This document shows positions 9,332 through 17,619 of a stretch of 32,000 bases of DNA, piece by piece. A model generated the notes under the pieces. It ran no database searches, was not told where the DNA came from, and saw nothing but the letters and a program-made list of their open reading frames with translations. The position numbers and the translations under genes are program-made. Every line of letters begins with the position of its first letter. Positions within the stretch are counted from its first letter, which is position 1. This stretch comes from Fastidiosibacter lacustris (GTDB taxonomy: Bacteria; Pseudomonadota; Gammaproteobacteria; Francisellales; Francisellaceae). The DNA lies in NCBI RefSeq assembly GCF_003428155.1, contig NZ_QLIR01000003.1, positions 30,001 through 62,000 on the forward strand, given 5' to 3'.

Positions 9332-10687
9332 ATGATTACGAATGAATATGTATTTGGTTGTAAGTATTATCCTTGCAATAACCGTAAAGTATTAACTTAT
9401 CTTAAAAACAAGTATAAAGGTCAATCAGGATTATATTTAAAAAAGCAACAGCAGTTTGTTGTTGCACCTAAAGGTGGAAAAATTATTATGACGGCCTTAT
9501 TGGCTTCACATTATAAGCATTTACTGATTGTGAGTGACCAAGTACCTGACATAGAGAATGATCAAGAATCAATTTGGATATGCCTTATCATCGCAGGTAA
9601 AGTATTGTCAATAGGGTCAAGTATTCCCTCATCAAATAAGAGTATTGATGCGGATGATATTGAATGTTCTGGCGATTTCTTTATGGAACCTGATTCCATA
9701 TCTGATTTCTTACCTCACATTATACATTATATAAAGAGCCTAGAAATATCTAATTTTAAAACTGTTATAGATATACGAGATCCTCAAAAATTAGCACAAC
9801 TGGGTGTGAGTAATGATGATTTAACTTCTAATTTATCTATGAGTAAACTCTTGAATGATATAAATCAGTGGAAGTCTTCAAGTAAAAATAAATACACATC
9901 GCATCTTATAAAACAAGAAAAGTCTAAGTTTGTAAAGTTCGTATTACCGATTACTTTTTTAGCTGTTTCATATTATGTGTATACATTATATGTAAAATAT
10001 GAAAATGAGCGCTTAGCTGAGATTGAAAGACAAAAACTTTTAGTTTTGAAAAAAGAGCAAGAAGCAAAAGAGCAGATAAGGCAATACAATCTTTTTATAG
10101 AACATCTGAATAAAGATATTGCTTATTATAATCTTTCGACTCTGATAGAAAGTTTACCAAAATTTGTATACTTGTCTGCAGGATGGTACTTAAGTAGTGT
10201 TGTTTTAAAGAAACCAAATTTCAAAACATATTCATTATTGTATAATAGAGAAGATTATTCAGGATTAGATTATGGTATCAAACTTTCTGAGGCGTTAGGT
10301 GCAATAAATAGGACACAATCACCAGATAATAGTCAAATTCTATTGGACATACTTGTGCAGAATAAAGTAGAGAGTTACAACCTAACAAAAGAAATGTTTG
10401 AAAACGTTACTGAGCGACAAATTCATTTAAATGATCTCATAACACAAATCCAAATTTCCAAACTTAGCTTTAGTATTTCACCAACTAAGCAAAAAGAACA
10501 AAACCGTTATTATAAAGAAGCATTGCTATTTAATGTTACAGGCAACTCCAAACTTGACTTATTAAAGCTACGACAAATATTGTCATCGAAGTACTTCGTT
10601 ATGTTTGATGGTATTAAAATTGAGTTCAATCCAAATGAAATTTCAGTAATTAATTCATTTACTTTCCAAGGAGTTATTTATGTTTAA
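9332..10687 (+). CDS. pilO: PilO-position bitopic inner-membrane assembly protein (cytoplasmic N-domain, one TM segment, coiled coil)
   Basis: ATG lies 1 nt after the secretin stop. Single TM segment FVLPITFLAVSYYVYTLYV followed by a charged coiled-coil stretch. About 450 aa in the PilO slot. Assigned by synteny. Confidence 0.5.
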   Translation: MITNEYVFGCKYYPCNNRKVLTYLKNKYKGQSGLYLKKQQQFVVAPKGGKIIMTALLASHYKHLLIVSDQVPDIENDQESIWICLIIAGKVLSIGSSIPSSNKSIDADDIECSGDFFMEPDSISDFLPHIIHYIKSLEISNFKTVIDIRDPQKLAQLGVSNDDLTSNLSMSKLLNDINQWKSSSKNKYTSHLIKQEKSKFVKFVLPITFLAVSYYVYTLYVKYENERLAEIERQKLLVLKKEQEAKEQIRQYNLFIEHLNKDIAYYNLSTLIESLPKFVYLSAGWYLSSVVLKKPNFKTYSLLYNREDYSGLDYGIKLSEALGAINRTQSPDNSQILLDILVQNKVESYNLTKEMFENVTERQIHLNDLITQIQISKLSFSISPTKQKEQNRYYKEALLFNVTGNSKLDLLKLRQILSSKYFVMFDGIKIEFNPNEISVINSFTFQGVIYV

Positions 10688-11153
10688 GAAAAAACCTGTT
10701 GCTAGTATCTTATTGCTATCTACAGTCATTTTAGGCAATGCAAGTTCAACGCAAGAAGATATAGATTTTGATATTCAAAATCAAGTTATTCAAACTATTG
10801 GGCGATACAATCTTGAAACTCAGCTTGCTAAAGCAAAAACTGAGCTTTTTAGCCAAAAATTAAAACAAGAGCAAGTATCATCACAGTTAAAAAGTGCATC
10901 AACAACCATAGATCCATTCAAGAAAGAAGAAAAAAATCTGTATTCAGTACAAAAAATTTATGGTCTAGATGGTAACATGGTCGCATTAGTGGAGTTTCAT
11001 GACAGAATAGTTCCTGTTAAAGAAGGAGATATTATAGGCTCGGTAAAAATTAAAAAAATACAACCGGGATACGTAGTGCTGAGCGTTGGTAATGCGGAAG
11101 AGGAAAAAATAATTTATTTAGAACGGCAGTCTAAACCAGGTAATCAATTATGA
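10680..11153 (+). CDS. pilP: PilP-position small exported pilus-assembly protein
   Basis: Overlaps the upstream gene by 8 nt. Has a signal peptide. The C-terminal beta-rich block GDIIGSVKIKKIQPGYVVLSVG is like PilP/GspC-type domains. Assigned by synteny. Confidence 0.5.
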   Translation: MFKKKPVASILLLSTVILGNASSTQEDIDFDIQNQVIQTIGRYNLETQLAKAKTELFSQKLKQEQVSSQLKSASTTIDPFKKEEKNLYSVQKIYGLDGNMVALVEFHDRIVPVKEGDIIGSVKIKKIQPGYVVLSVGNAEEEKIIYLERQSKPGNQL

Positions 11154-12817
11154 TTATTCAAGAGTATAATGACTTGGCTGTAAAACCCAAACATATGTTG
11201 TTCTCAGAAATAATATCTGAGACAAATAAACGTAAGTTTGGCATATATACAACAAACCAGAATAAATTATTAGTTCTGATCAATAAAGATCACAGGCATG
11301 ATCAAAGTCTGTTAGAGCATATATCAGAATTGCGATTAAAGGCAATGAAGAGTGAGAATTTGGATAAGTCTATAACGATCACCGTTACAGAAAGTATTCT
11401 TGCTGAGGCAAATAAAAAATCTATTGATGAACGCGTTTATTCAAGCCAGAAGCTTGTTCGTGACTTTGATCATATTTTACAAGCTGCGATTCAACGTGGC
11501 GTGACAGATATTCACATCATCGTTACACCGTTAAAAGGATATGTTAAATTCAGACAATTTCGTGAATTATATGTATATCACACTTATGATCCAGAGTATA
11601 TGCACTCTTTAGTGAGTGCAATTTATAACGCTAAAGGAGAAGAGAGATCAAAGGATACAGAATTTAAACCTGAGGCGATACAACAGACTGTTATCGAGCG
11701 GTATATTGATCACAAAAGATATCGTATTCGTTTCGCTTCGCTTAATATTGAATCATCTGAAGGAGTTGTCGGTGATAATCAGGTTCGCTCATCTTACTTT
11801 ATTGCGATGAGAATATTACCAACAGAACAGCAGAGCATTAAAAGCTTAAAAGAACTTGGCTATAGTAACAAGCAGATAGAAAGACTTGAACATGCAATGA
11901 TAGCCGATTCTGGTTTGATTTTAACGGCTGGTGAGGTGAACTCAGGTAAATCGACTATGCAAGCGGCGATGCTGAAAAAAATACGTGCACTTTTTCCAAG
12001 CAAGAACATTGTCGAAGTCGGTTCACCAATTGAGTATAGTATTGAAGGTATTATACAACACCCAATTCACACAACGGTTGAAATGAGTGAGGCTGAGATG
12101 ACATTGGCGTATAGCCGTGCAATGGCACAGTTTTTGAGATCAGATGCTGAAATATTCTGTATTAATGAGATTAGAAACAAAGATACAGCCATTTTTACCC
12201 AAAGTGCGGTGCAAAGTGGCCACTTATTTATATCAACCATACACGCCCAAAGTGCACTACATATTATCAATAGGTTGGTTTCTTTGAATCTTGATCGCGA
12301 GATTTTATGCTCTCCCGGTTTTATCAGGTTACTTATTCATCAATCACTTGTTGCTATAGTCTGCAAACACTGTGCTATGAGTTATAAAGATGCAATACAA
12401 CTTGATAATTTTCAAGCTATTCTTGGTAGACTACACAAGATGTGTGAAATATATGGATTACATGAATCATCTCTTGAAAACCTAAAATTTAGAAATGGTA
12501 ACGGTTGTGAGCACTGCCATAAAGGGGTAGCTGGATTAACCGTTGTTGCCGAGATGGTTATGCCTACGGGTAAATTACTGACACTTCTTAACGACAATAA
12601 ATTCATTGATGCTTATTTATGTTGGCGGCATTCAGGGGAAAGAACATTGAAAGAAGATGCGATTCTAAAAGTGTTGAAGGGTCTTGTGTGTCCGACTTCT
12701 TTGGAACAAAGACTAGGTGCTATAGATGATACGCAAATGCTTGATTTATTAGATAGTCAGTTTATAAAAACAATTTTATATGATGCTGATATTAAGGAGT
12801 CATATAATGTTGTCTAA
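11150..12817 (+). CDS. pilQ: GspE/PilB-family hexameric secretion ATPase (R64 PilQ-like pilus assembly ATPase)
   Basis: ATGA overlap with the upstream gene. Walker A GEVNSGKST, Walker B-like AEIFCINEIRN, His box GHLFISTIHAQSA, and the tetracysteine pair CKHC...CEHC. Confidence 0.88.
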   Translation: MIIQEYNDLAVKPKHMLFSEIISETNKRKFGIYTTNQNKLLVLINKDHRHDQSLLEHISELRLKAMKSENLDKSITITVTESILAEANKKSIDERVYSSQKLVRDFDHILQAAIQRGVTDIHIIVTPLKGYVKFRQFRELYVYHTYDPEYMHSLVSAIYNAKGEERSKDTEFKPEAIQQTVIERYIDHKRYRIRFASLNIESSEGVVGDNQVRSSYFIAMRILPTEQQSIKSLKELGYSNKQIERLEHAMIADSGLILTAGEVNSGKSTMQAAMLKKIRALFPSKNIVEVGSPIEYSIEGIIQHPIHTTVEMSEAEMTLAYSRAMAQFLRSDAEIFCINEIRNKDTAIFTQSAVQSGHLFISTIHAQSALHIINRLVSLNLDREILCSPGFIRLLIHQSLVAIVCKHCAMSYKDAIQLDNFQAILGRLHKMCEIYGLHESSLENLKFRNGNGCEHCHKGVAGLTVVAEMVMPTGKLLTLLNDNKFIDAYLCWRHSGERTLKEDAILKVLKGLVCPTSLEQRLGAIDDTQMLDLLDSQFIKTILYDADIKESYNVV

Positions 12818-13949
12818 AATAACTAAATTAACTCAACGGCTTCAAACGGGATATCAAGCTATAGATGTCAGTAATGATTCTTTATATCCCAAAACAAAAG
12901 TTTATTTCTTAAAAATACAGCTATCGTCAACTAAGCGTATTGAGATTTATCAGACACTTGAAATGTTGATTAAAGTTGGTAGTTTTAACAATGCCTTAGA
13001 GCAAATTATCAGCTCTTATACCAAACATGCCAGAGCATTTCTAGAACCCAAGCAAGTGATTATAGATGTTTTAAAAGATGTCCAATATCGCCACGCTTCA
13101 TTGGGACTCAGTGCGGTAGAGGCTTTGTCACTTTATATTCCAAAGAGTGAGCAAATTATATTAAGCTCAAGTGACCAGATTACGTCAGAAGTATTGCAAA
13201 ATGTGATAGCAATCTCAAAGAGTTTAAATACATTAACACAAAAAATTTGGTCCAAGATGATCTATCCAATTATTTATATCTTTGGAATATTTGGCATGAT
13301 GTTTATTGTTCAGATTGGTTTAGTTCCGGTTATCGAATCTGCGGATGCAAGCAAAATAAGTAGCTCGACAAAAGCACTATTAATCATAAGTGAATGGTTT
13401 GTCAACTATTTCTTATGGATAGTGGCAACCTTATTGGCTTTGTTTGTTGCTATTTTTGTTAGTTTACCCAATTTAATCGGTTTAATACGTTTTAAGGTGC
13501 TTGACTATATTCCGCCATTTACGTTATACAAAAAAATATGCAGCATTCGTTTTATGATTTCCTTATCTCGCTTGCTGGGTACAAGTGGTGGGACACAAGC
13601 AAAGCCATTATCTTTAGCATTACGCAAAATTCAAAGCAATGCCAACAGGTATCTCAACATTTACCTGGAAAGACAGAAGCAATATCTTGCCGATGGATTA
13701 AGTGCAGGGGATATATTGGTGAAATCAAATATATTCCACCGTGAGTTGGCAACTTTGATTGAAATGTACGCAAAATCAAATCAGTTAGAGCGGGGACTAC
13801 ACATGATGGGTAATGAGTATTTTGAACAACAACTAGGGAGTATTGAAAGATCATTTAGTATCATTAATTTTATGTTTTTGCTTATGACAGGCGGTTTTAT
13901 TGTCTGGTTCTTAAGTGCAATGTTATCAGTTACCAGCTTATTTAGATAA
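12807..13949 (+). CDS. pilR: GspF/PilC-like polytopic inner-membrane platform protein (R64 PilR-like)
   Basis: AAGGAG lies 7 nt upstream of ATG 12807, and the gene overlaps the ATPase stop. Cytoplasmic helical regions alternate with hydrophobic segments (IYPIIYIFGIFGMMFIVQIGLV, LWIVATLLALFVAIFVSL, FMFLLMTGGFIVWFLSAML). It sits in the platform-protein slot after the ATPase. Confidence 0.68.
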   Translation: MLSKITKLTQRLQTGYQAIDVSNDSLYPKTKVYFLKIQLSSTKRIEIYQTLEMLIKVGSFNNALEQIISSYTKHARAFLEPKQVIIDVLKDVQYRHASLGLSAVEALSLYIPKSEQIILSSSDQITSEVLQNVIAISKSLNTLTQKIWSKMIYPIIYIFGIFGMMFIVQIGLVPVIESADASKISSSTKALLIISEWFVNYFLWIVATLLALFVAIFVSLPNLIGLIRFKVLDYIPPFTLYKKICSIRFMISLSRLLGTSGGTQAKPLSLALRKIQSNANRYLNIYLERQKQYLADGLSAGDILVKSNIFHRELATLIEMYAKSNQLERGLHMMGNEYFEQQLGSIERSFSIINFMFLLMTGGFIVWFLSAMLSVTSLFR

Positions 13950-13980
13950 ACGAAAATATTAACCCACGGAGGAAATAACA

Positions 13981-14553
13981 ATGAAATATATTAATCAACA
14001 ACAAACTCAGCATATCAATCTTAAAAAGCAGCGTGGAATCACCATGGTGGAATTGTTAATCGGTATCTCGGTGATTGCTATTATTGCCGTATTGATTTTA
14101 ACTTATGCATCAGGTCTATGGTCAGATGTAAAAGTTAAACAAACTAAGGATGCGGTAAGTACCATGTCCTCTAAATTAGTTGGAATATATGCTGCAACAA
14201 CCCCAGGATCAGCTGGAAGGTATGATGGTATCTCTACTGCCGATGCGTTTGACCTTGTTCCAAGCAATCTAATAAGGGGTACTGGTACTAATAGAGCGAT
14301 TATTACGCCATGGACATCGACTATTTCTACTTCTGAAATAACGGTTGCTCCATATAATAGCAATATCCAATTTGGAATTACTTTAACAGACATCCCTGCT
14401 AAAGCGTGTCGTGATATAGGTGCAGATTATCTGGGTGGTTATGCAGATGAGGTATTAGTTGGGACTGAAAAAGTTACTAAGGTATCAGAGTTAACTGCAA
14501 AGTGTAATGGTAATGATAATGGTAATGGAACTTTAGTGCTGGTATTCAGTTAA
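13981..14553 (+). CDS. pilS: Type IVb major prepilin (R64 PilS-like)
   Basis: RBS ggagg. 19-aa basic leader MKYINQQQTQHINLKKQRG followed by ITMVELLIGISVIAIIAVLIL (Glu at +5, non-Phe at +1, as in type IVb pilins). C-terminal Cys pair (AKACRD...TAKCNG) consistent with a D-region disulfide. Confidence 0.8.
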   Translation: MKYINQQQTQHINLKKQRGITMVELLIGISVIAIIAVLILTYASGLWSDVKVKQTKDAVSTMSSKLVGIYAATTPGSAGRYDGISTADAFDLVPSNLIRGTGTNRAIITPWTSTISTSEITVAPYNSNIQFGITLTDIPAKACRDIGADYLGGYADEVLVGTEKVTKVSELTAKCNGNDNGNGTLVLVFS

Positions 14554-14559
14554 AATATT

Positions 14560-16023
14560 ATGAAAAAGCGTATATCTCAACAAAGTGGTTTTGTGATTGT
14601 GCCACTCTTAATTGCAGTGGCTGTCGTTGGTATTCTTTCCATTATGTATTACTGGAAGGTACAAGATGATCATAAAAAATTTGAAGCACAAATGCTTGGT
14701 AATCAGATAGCAGAATATATATCGGCTGTTATTGGTAAAGTTTCAGGAGATCGAGCTTTAGCAGATGATACTTACACAGGATTTGATTGGCTTAAGGCAA
14801 CAAATTGTAATGATCCTTTAGATCCTTCAACGGTTCCTGGCTACTTGACCTGTACTTTCTCAATTCATTCAAGATTACTTGGCAATCAAACTGAAAATAA
14901 TTTTCAAGTTATAGTAGATCCAGTCACTGAATCTCTTAACAACAATCCTACTGCACGCAGAAAGATTACTATTACATTGCCTACAGTACGCGAGCCAAAT
15001 GGTGGAGGCATTTCCATTTCACCCTACCTTGGTTCGGTTGTTTTTAATACAGCAAGAGCTCGTTATGGTGTGGGAACAAGTATGACCAATATTGAAGAAA
15101 CAGGGCACCCAGGAGCCAGTAAGCCTTCGATTGGGAATATGCCTGTTTATCATGGTATCGCTGAGTTTAAGTATAACAAAGCCACCGCACAAATAGAGGT
15201 CGAAAGTTTTGTTACCAATACAGATGGTATTTGGCTGCAAATTGATGGTACCAACTCTATGGTGGCAGACATTAGTTATAACAAACCGGCAAGTAACATA
15301 GAACAAACTTTCAGAAAACGAGGTATTGTTAATATTTCACGTATTGAAAACTTTAATAAGGAGGATGCGAATGAGCAGGAGGCACTTGATAAGCAAGGTC
15401 CATCAGTATCAGGTTATATCGGAACTAAAGATGAGCTAGAAGATTCAATGCGAATCAATGCTTCTAAAGAAATCTATATTGGTAATCAGGTAAAGGGGCT
15501 TCATGAGAAAACCACGAATGTGCATATTTATGATATGTATTTAGGCGCTATTTCTGAAAATCAAACTTTAGGGGATATGTTTAAAAATCAAGCCCCTACT
15601 TGTAAAACGCTTATAAACGATGGTCAGGTGATAACTACAAGAGGATCGAGTTATTACATGGATATGGAAGTTAAGTTTGGACCTAGTGGAAAGTCATATG
15701 TGGAAGTTTTTGGCTCTGCAAGACATGATGGTGATTATAACAATATTGCATTTCTTGAAGTTAGAACAACTAATAACTATACTGCATACCAAACAAATGA
15801 ATCTGCAGAATGGCATGGTGGAGTTATCGTGATTGCAGCAGTTATCAATTATCCTACTGGTTTTCATAAAGGAGGAATAACAATAAATCATAAAGACCTT
15901 TTTACTACTAGAATACCAAATAGCTCAGGTACGGAGCGAATTACGTTTACTACTCCTGGGGGAAGTCATATTGGTGGACTTAAAGCGATTGGAAATATTT
16001 ATTACTGTTCGATACCGTACTAG
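14560..16023 (+). CDS. pilV: PilV-like large minor pilin / putative tip adhesin, copy 1
   Basis: Begins 6 nt after pilS. Prepilin-like N-terminus MKKRISQQSG-FVIVPLLIAVAVVGIL. At 487 aa it is like R64 PilV. Paralogous to the next gene over about the first 340 aa. Confidence 0.62.
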   Translation: MKKRISQQSGFVIVPLLIAVAVVGILSIMYYWKVQDDHKKFEAQMLGNQIAEYISAVIGKVSGDRALADDTYTGFDWLKATNCNDPLDPSTVPGYLTCTFSIHSRLLGNQTENNFQVIVDPVTESLNNNPTARRKITITLPTVREPNGGGISISPYLGSVVFNTARARYGVGTSMTNIEETGHPGASKPSIGNMPVYHGIAEFKYNKATAQIEVESFVTNTDGIWLQIDGTNSMVADISYNKPASNIEQTFRKRGIVNISRIENFNKEDANEQEALDKQGPSVSGYIGTKDELEDSMRINASKEIYIGNQVKGLHEKTTNVHIYDMYLGAISENQTLGDMFKNQAPTCKTLINDGQVITTRGSSYYMDMEVKFGPSGKSYVEVFGSARHDGDYNNIAFLEVRTTNNYTAYQTNESAEWHGGVIVIAAVINYPTGFHKGGITINHKDLFTTRIPNSSGTERITFTTPGGSHIGGLKAIGNIYYCSIPY

Positions 16024-17503
16024 CTTGTTAAGCCAGCAAGGCTTTTCAATCTTTTCACTTCTTATTACTGTTTTGATTATGGGCATTCTTTTGTCTGGCT
16101 ATTACTGGAAAGTGCAAGATGATCAAAAGGGCATCGAAGCGAATACGTTAGGAAACCAGATTGCTGATTATGTGTCTGCCGTGATAGCCCGTGTTTCTCA
16201 AGATAGAAATCTTGATACCAATATCATATATTCAGGGTTTGGCTGGCTTAAGGCAGCTACATGCAATAGCGATGGCAGCGGTAACCCGCATGGTGGCTAT
16301 TTGCCGTGTGGTTATAAGATCAACTCGCGTTTATTAGGTGATCAAAGCGAATTAGATTTTACAGTGACTCTGACTGATTTTGTTGATCACTTGAATAATA
16401 ATCCAACGGCGCGCAGGCAAATTATGATTAGTATTCCTCAGATATATGAAACTAATCGTATAGATCTTTCAGCGCATTTGGGTGCGGTAGTGTTTAATAC
16501 GGCAAAGGCACGCTATGGACTTGGCACCCATATGACGAATATTAATGACACACATCTCCCAGGTCCAAGCATTCGTTCTGCGGCAAATGTAGCCACTCAT
16601 CATGGTATTGCAGATTTTAAATATAATAAAGAGACTGCAAAAATCGTCGTTGAAGCACTTGTTACCAATACTGATGGTATTTGGTTACAGATTGATGGTT
16701 CTAATTCTATGGTGGCAGATATCAGTTATAACAAACCCAATCCTCTAATAGAACATACTTTTAGTAAAAGAGGTATTGTTAATGTGGCAAGGGTAGAAAA
16801 TTTTAATGAAGTTGATAAAAAAATACAGGAATCATTAGATAAATTTGGACCCTATTTTTCAGGTTATACCGGGGATAAAACTAAAACATCGCTTGAAAAC
16901 TCGATGCGAATCAATGCCTCTAATAATATCTATTTAGGCAATCAGCATCGTGGTTTAAATCAAAAAAAGACGAATATTCACGTTTATGATCTCAACCTAG
17001 GCAGTATGGGAGGAGAGAATCTTCATGCACTTTTTAAAGGAACAACACCGGTTTGTAGAGAAATGCCTACTTTTCCGATTACTTTACCAGTATTGCTGCC
17101 AACAGGACCAAATGGTAAGGTGTTTGTGGTTTTTTCAGGTACGATTCGGCATTTATCTACGGCTTTTAGTGCATCTGCGACGTTATCGATGGTAGAAAAT
17201 ACAAGTATAAAGCCTGTCAATACTTATTCATCACCAGCAGTATTAAGTCCAGTACCACCAGTGCCTGGATTAGAGCTATTTCCAAATACAATCACTGTTT
17301 TTCATATGATGACATTGGATAAGCTAACCAAACCATTCGAGGCTTTAGAACTATTGATTGATAACAACTTAATTAATAATAGCAATTTAGTAGCTGACTA
17401 TTTTAAGAATATAAATGTTGCCTTATGGCTTCCTGTAATGTTTCCAATGCTAAATATGATCCCTGTCCCTGGAAGTTTTAGATATTGTTACACATCCCAT
17501 TAA
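15971..17503 (+). CDS. pilV: PilV-like large minor pilin / putative tip adhesin, copy 2, with an unrelated C-terminal domain
   Basis: ...LLSQQG-FSIFSLLITVLIMGIL followed by long colinear similarity to copy 1 (YYWKVQDD, LGNQIA.Y.SAVI, NNNPTARR, VVFNTA.ARYG, VTNTDGIWLQIDG.NSMVADISYNKP, SMRINAS). The start is uncertain: TTG 15971 or GTG 15974 after gggggaag (overlaps copy 1 by about 50 nt), or TTG 16025 just after the copy 1 stop. Confidence 0.58.
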   Translation: MVDLKRLEIFITVRYRTSLLSQQGFSIFSLLITVLIMGILLSGYYWKVQDDQKGIEANTLGNQIADYVSAVIARVSQDRNLDTNIIYSGFGWLKAATCNSDGSGNPHGGYLPCGYKINSRLLGDQSELDFTVTLTDFVDHLNNNPTARRQIMISIPQIYETNRIDLSAHLGAVVFNTAKARYGLGTHMTNINDTHLPGPSIRSAANVATHHGIADFKYNKETAKIVVEALVTNTDGIWLQIDGSNSMVADISYNKPNPLIEHTFSKRGIVNVARVENFNEVDKKIQESLDKFGPYFSGYTGDKTKTSLENSMRINASNNIYLGNQHRGLNQKKTNIHVYDLNLGSMGGENLHALFKGTTPVCREMPTFPITLPVLLPTGPNGKVFVVFSGTIRHLSTAFSASATLSMVENTSIKPVNTYSSPAVLSPVPPVPGLELFPNTITVFHMMTLDKLTKPFEALELLIDNNLINNSNLVADYFKNINVALWLPVMFPMLNMIPVPGSFRYCYTSH

Positions 17504-17619
17504 AGGTATAAAAATGAAGGTTTTGGCTTCTTAGGAAAAGTGTGTTATAAGTGCTACAAATTTAAGTTTGTGAATGATTAAAACAAAAATAATAACAGCA
17601 GAGAAAGGAGATTTTAAAA

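Noticed and set aside
17040-17520. Possible shufflon: inverted silent C-terminal cassettes or sfx-like repeats downstream of, or within, the second pilV-like gene. A 65-aa antisense ORF lies at 17023-17220.
   Set aside because: I reverse-complemented 17221-17520 and read all three frames. Each is broken by stop codons within a few dozen nt. I saw no repeated ~19-bp inverted sites and no recombinase gene. The antisense ORF has no pilin-like features.
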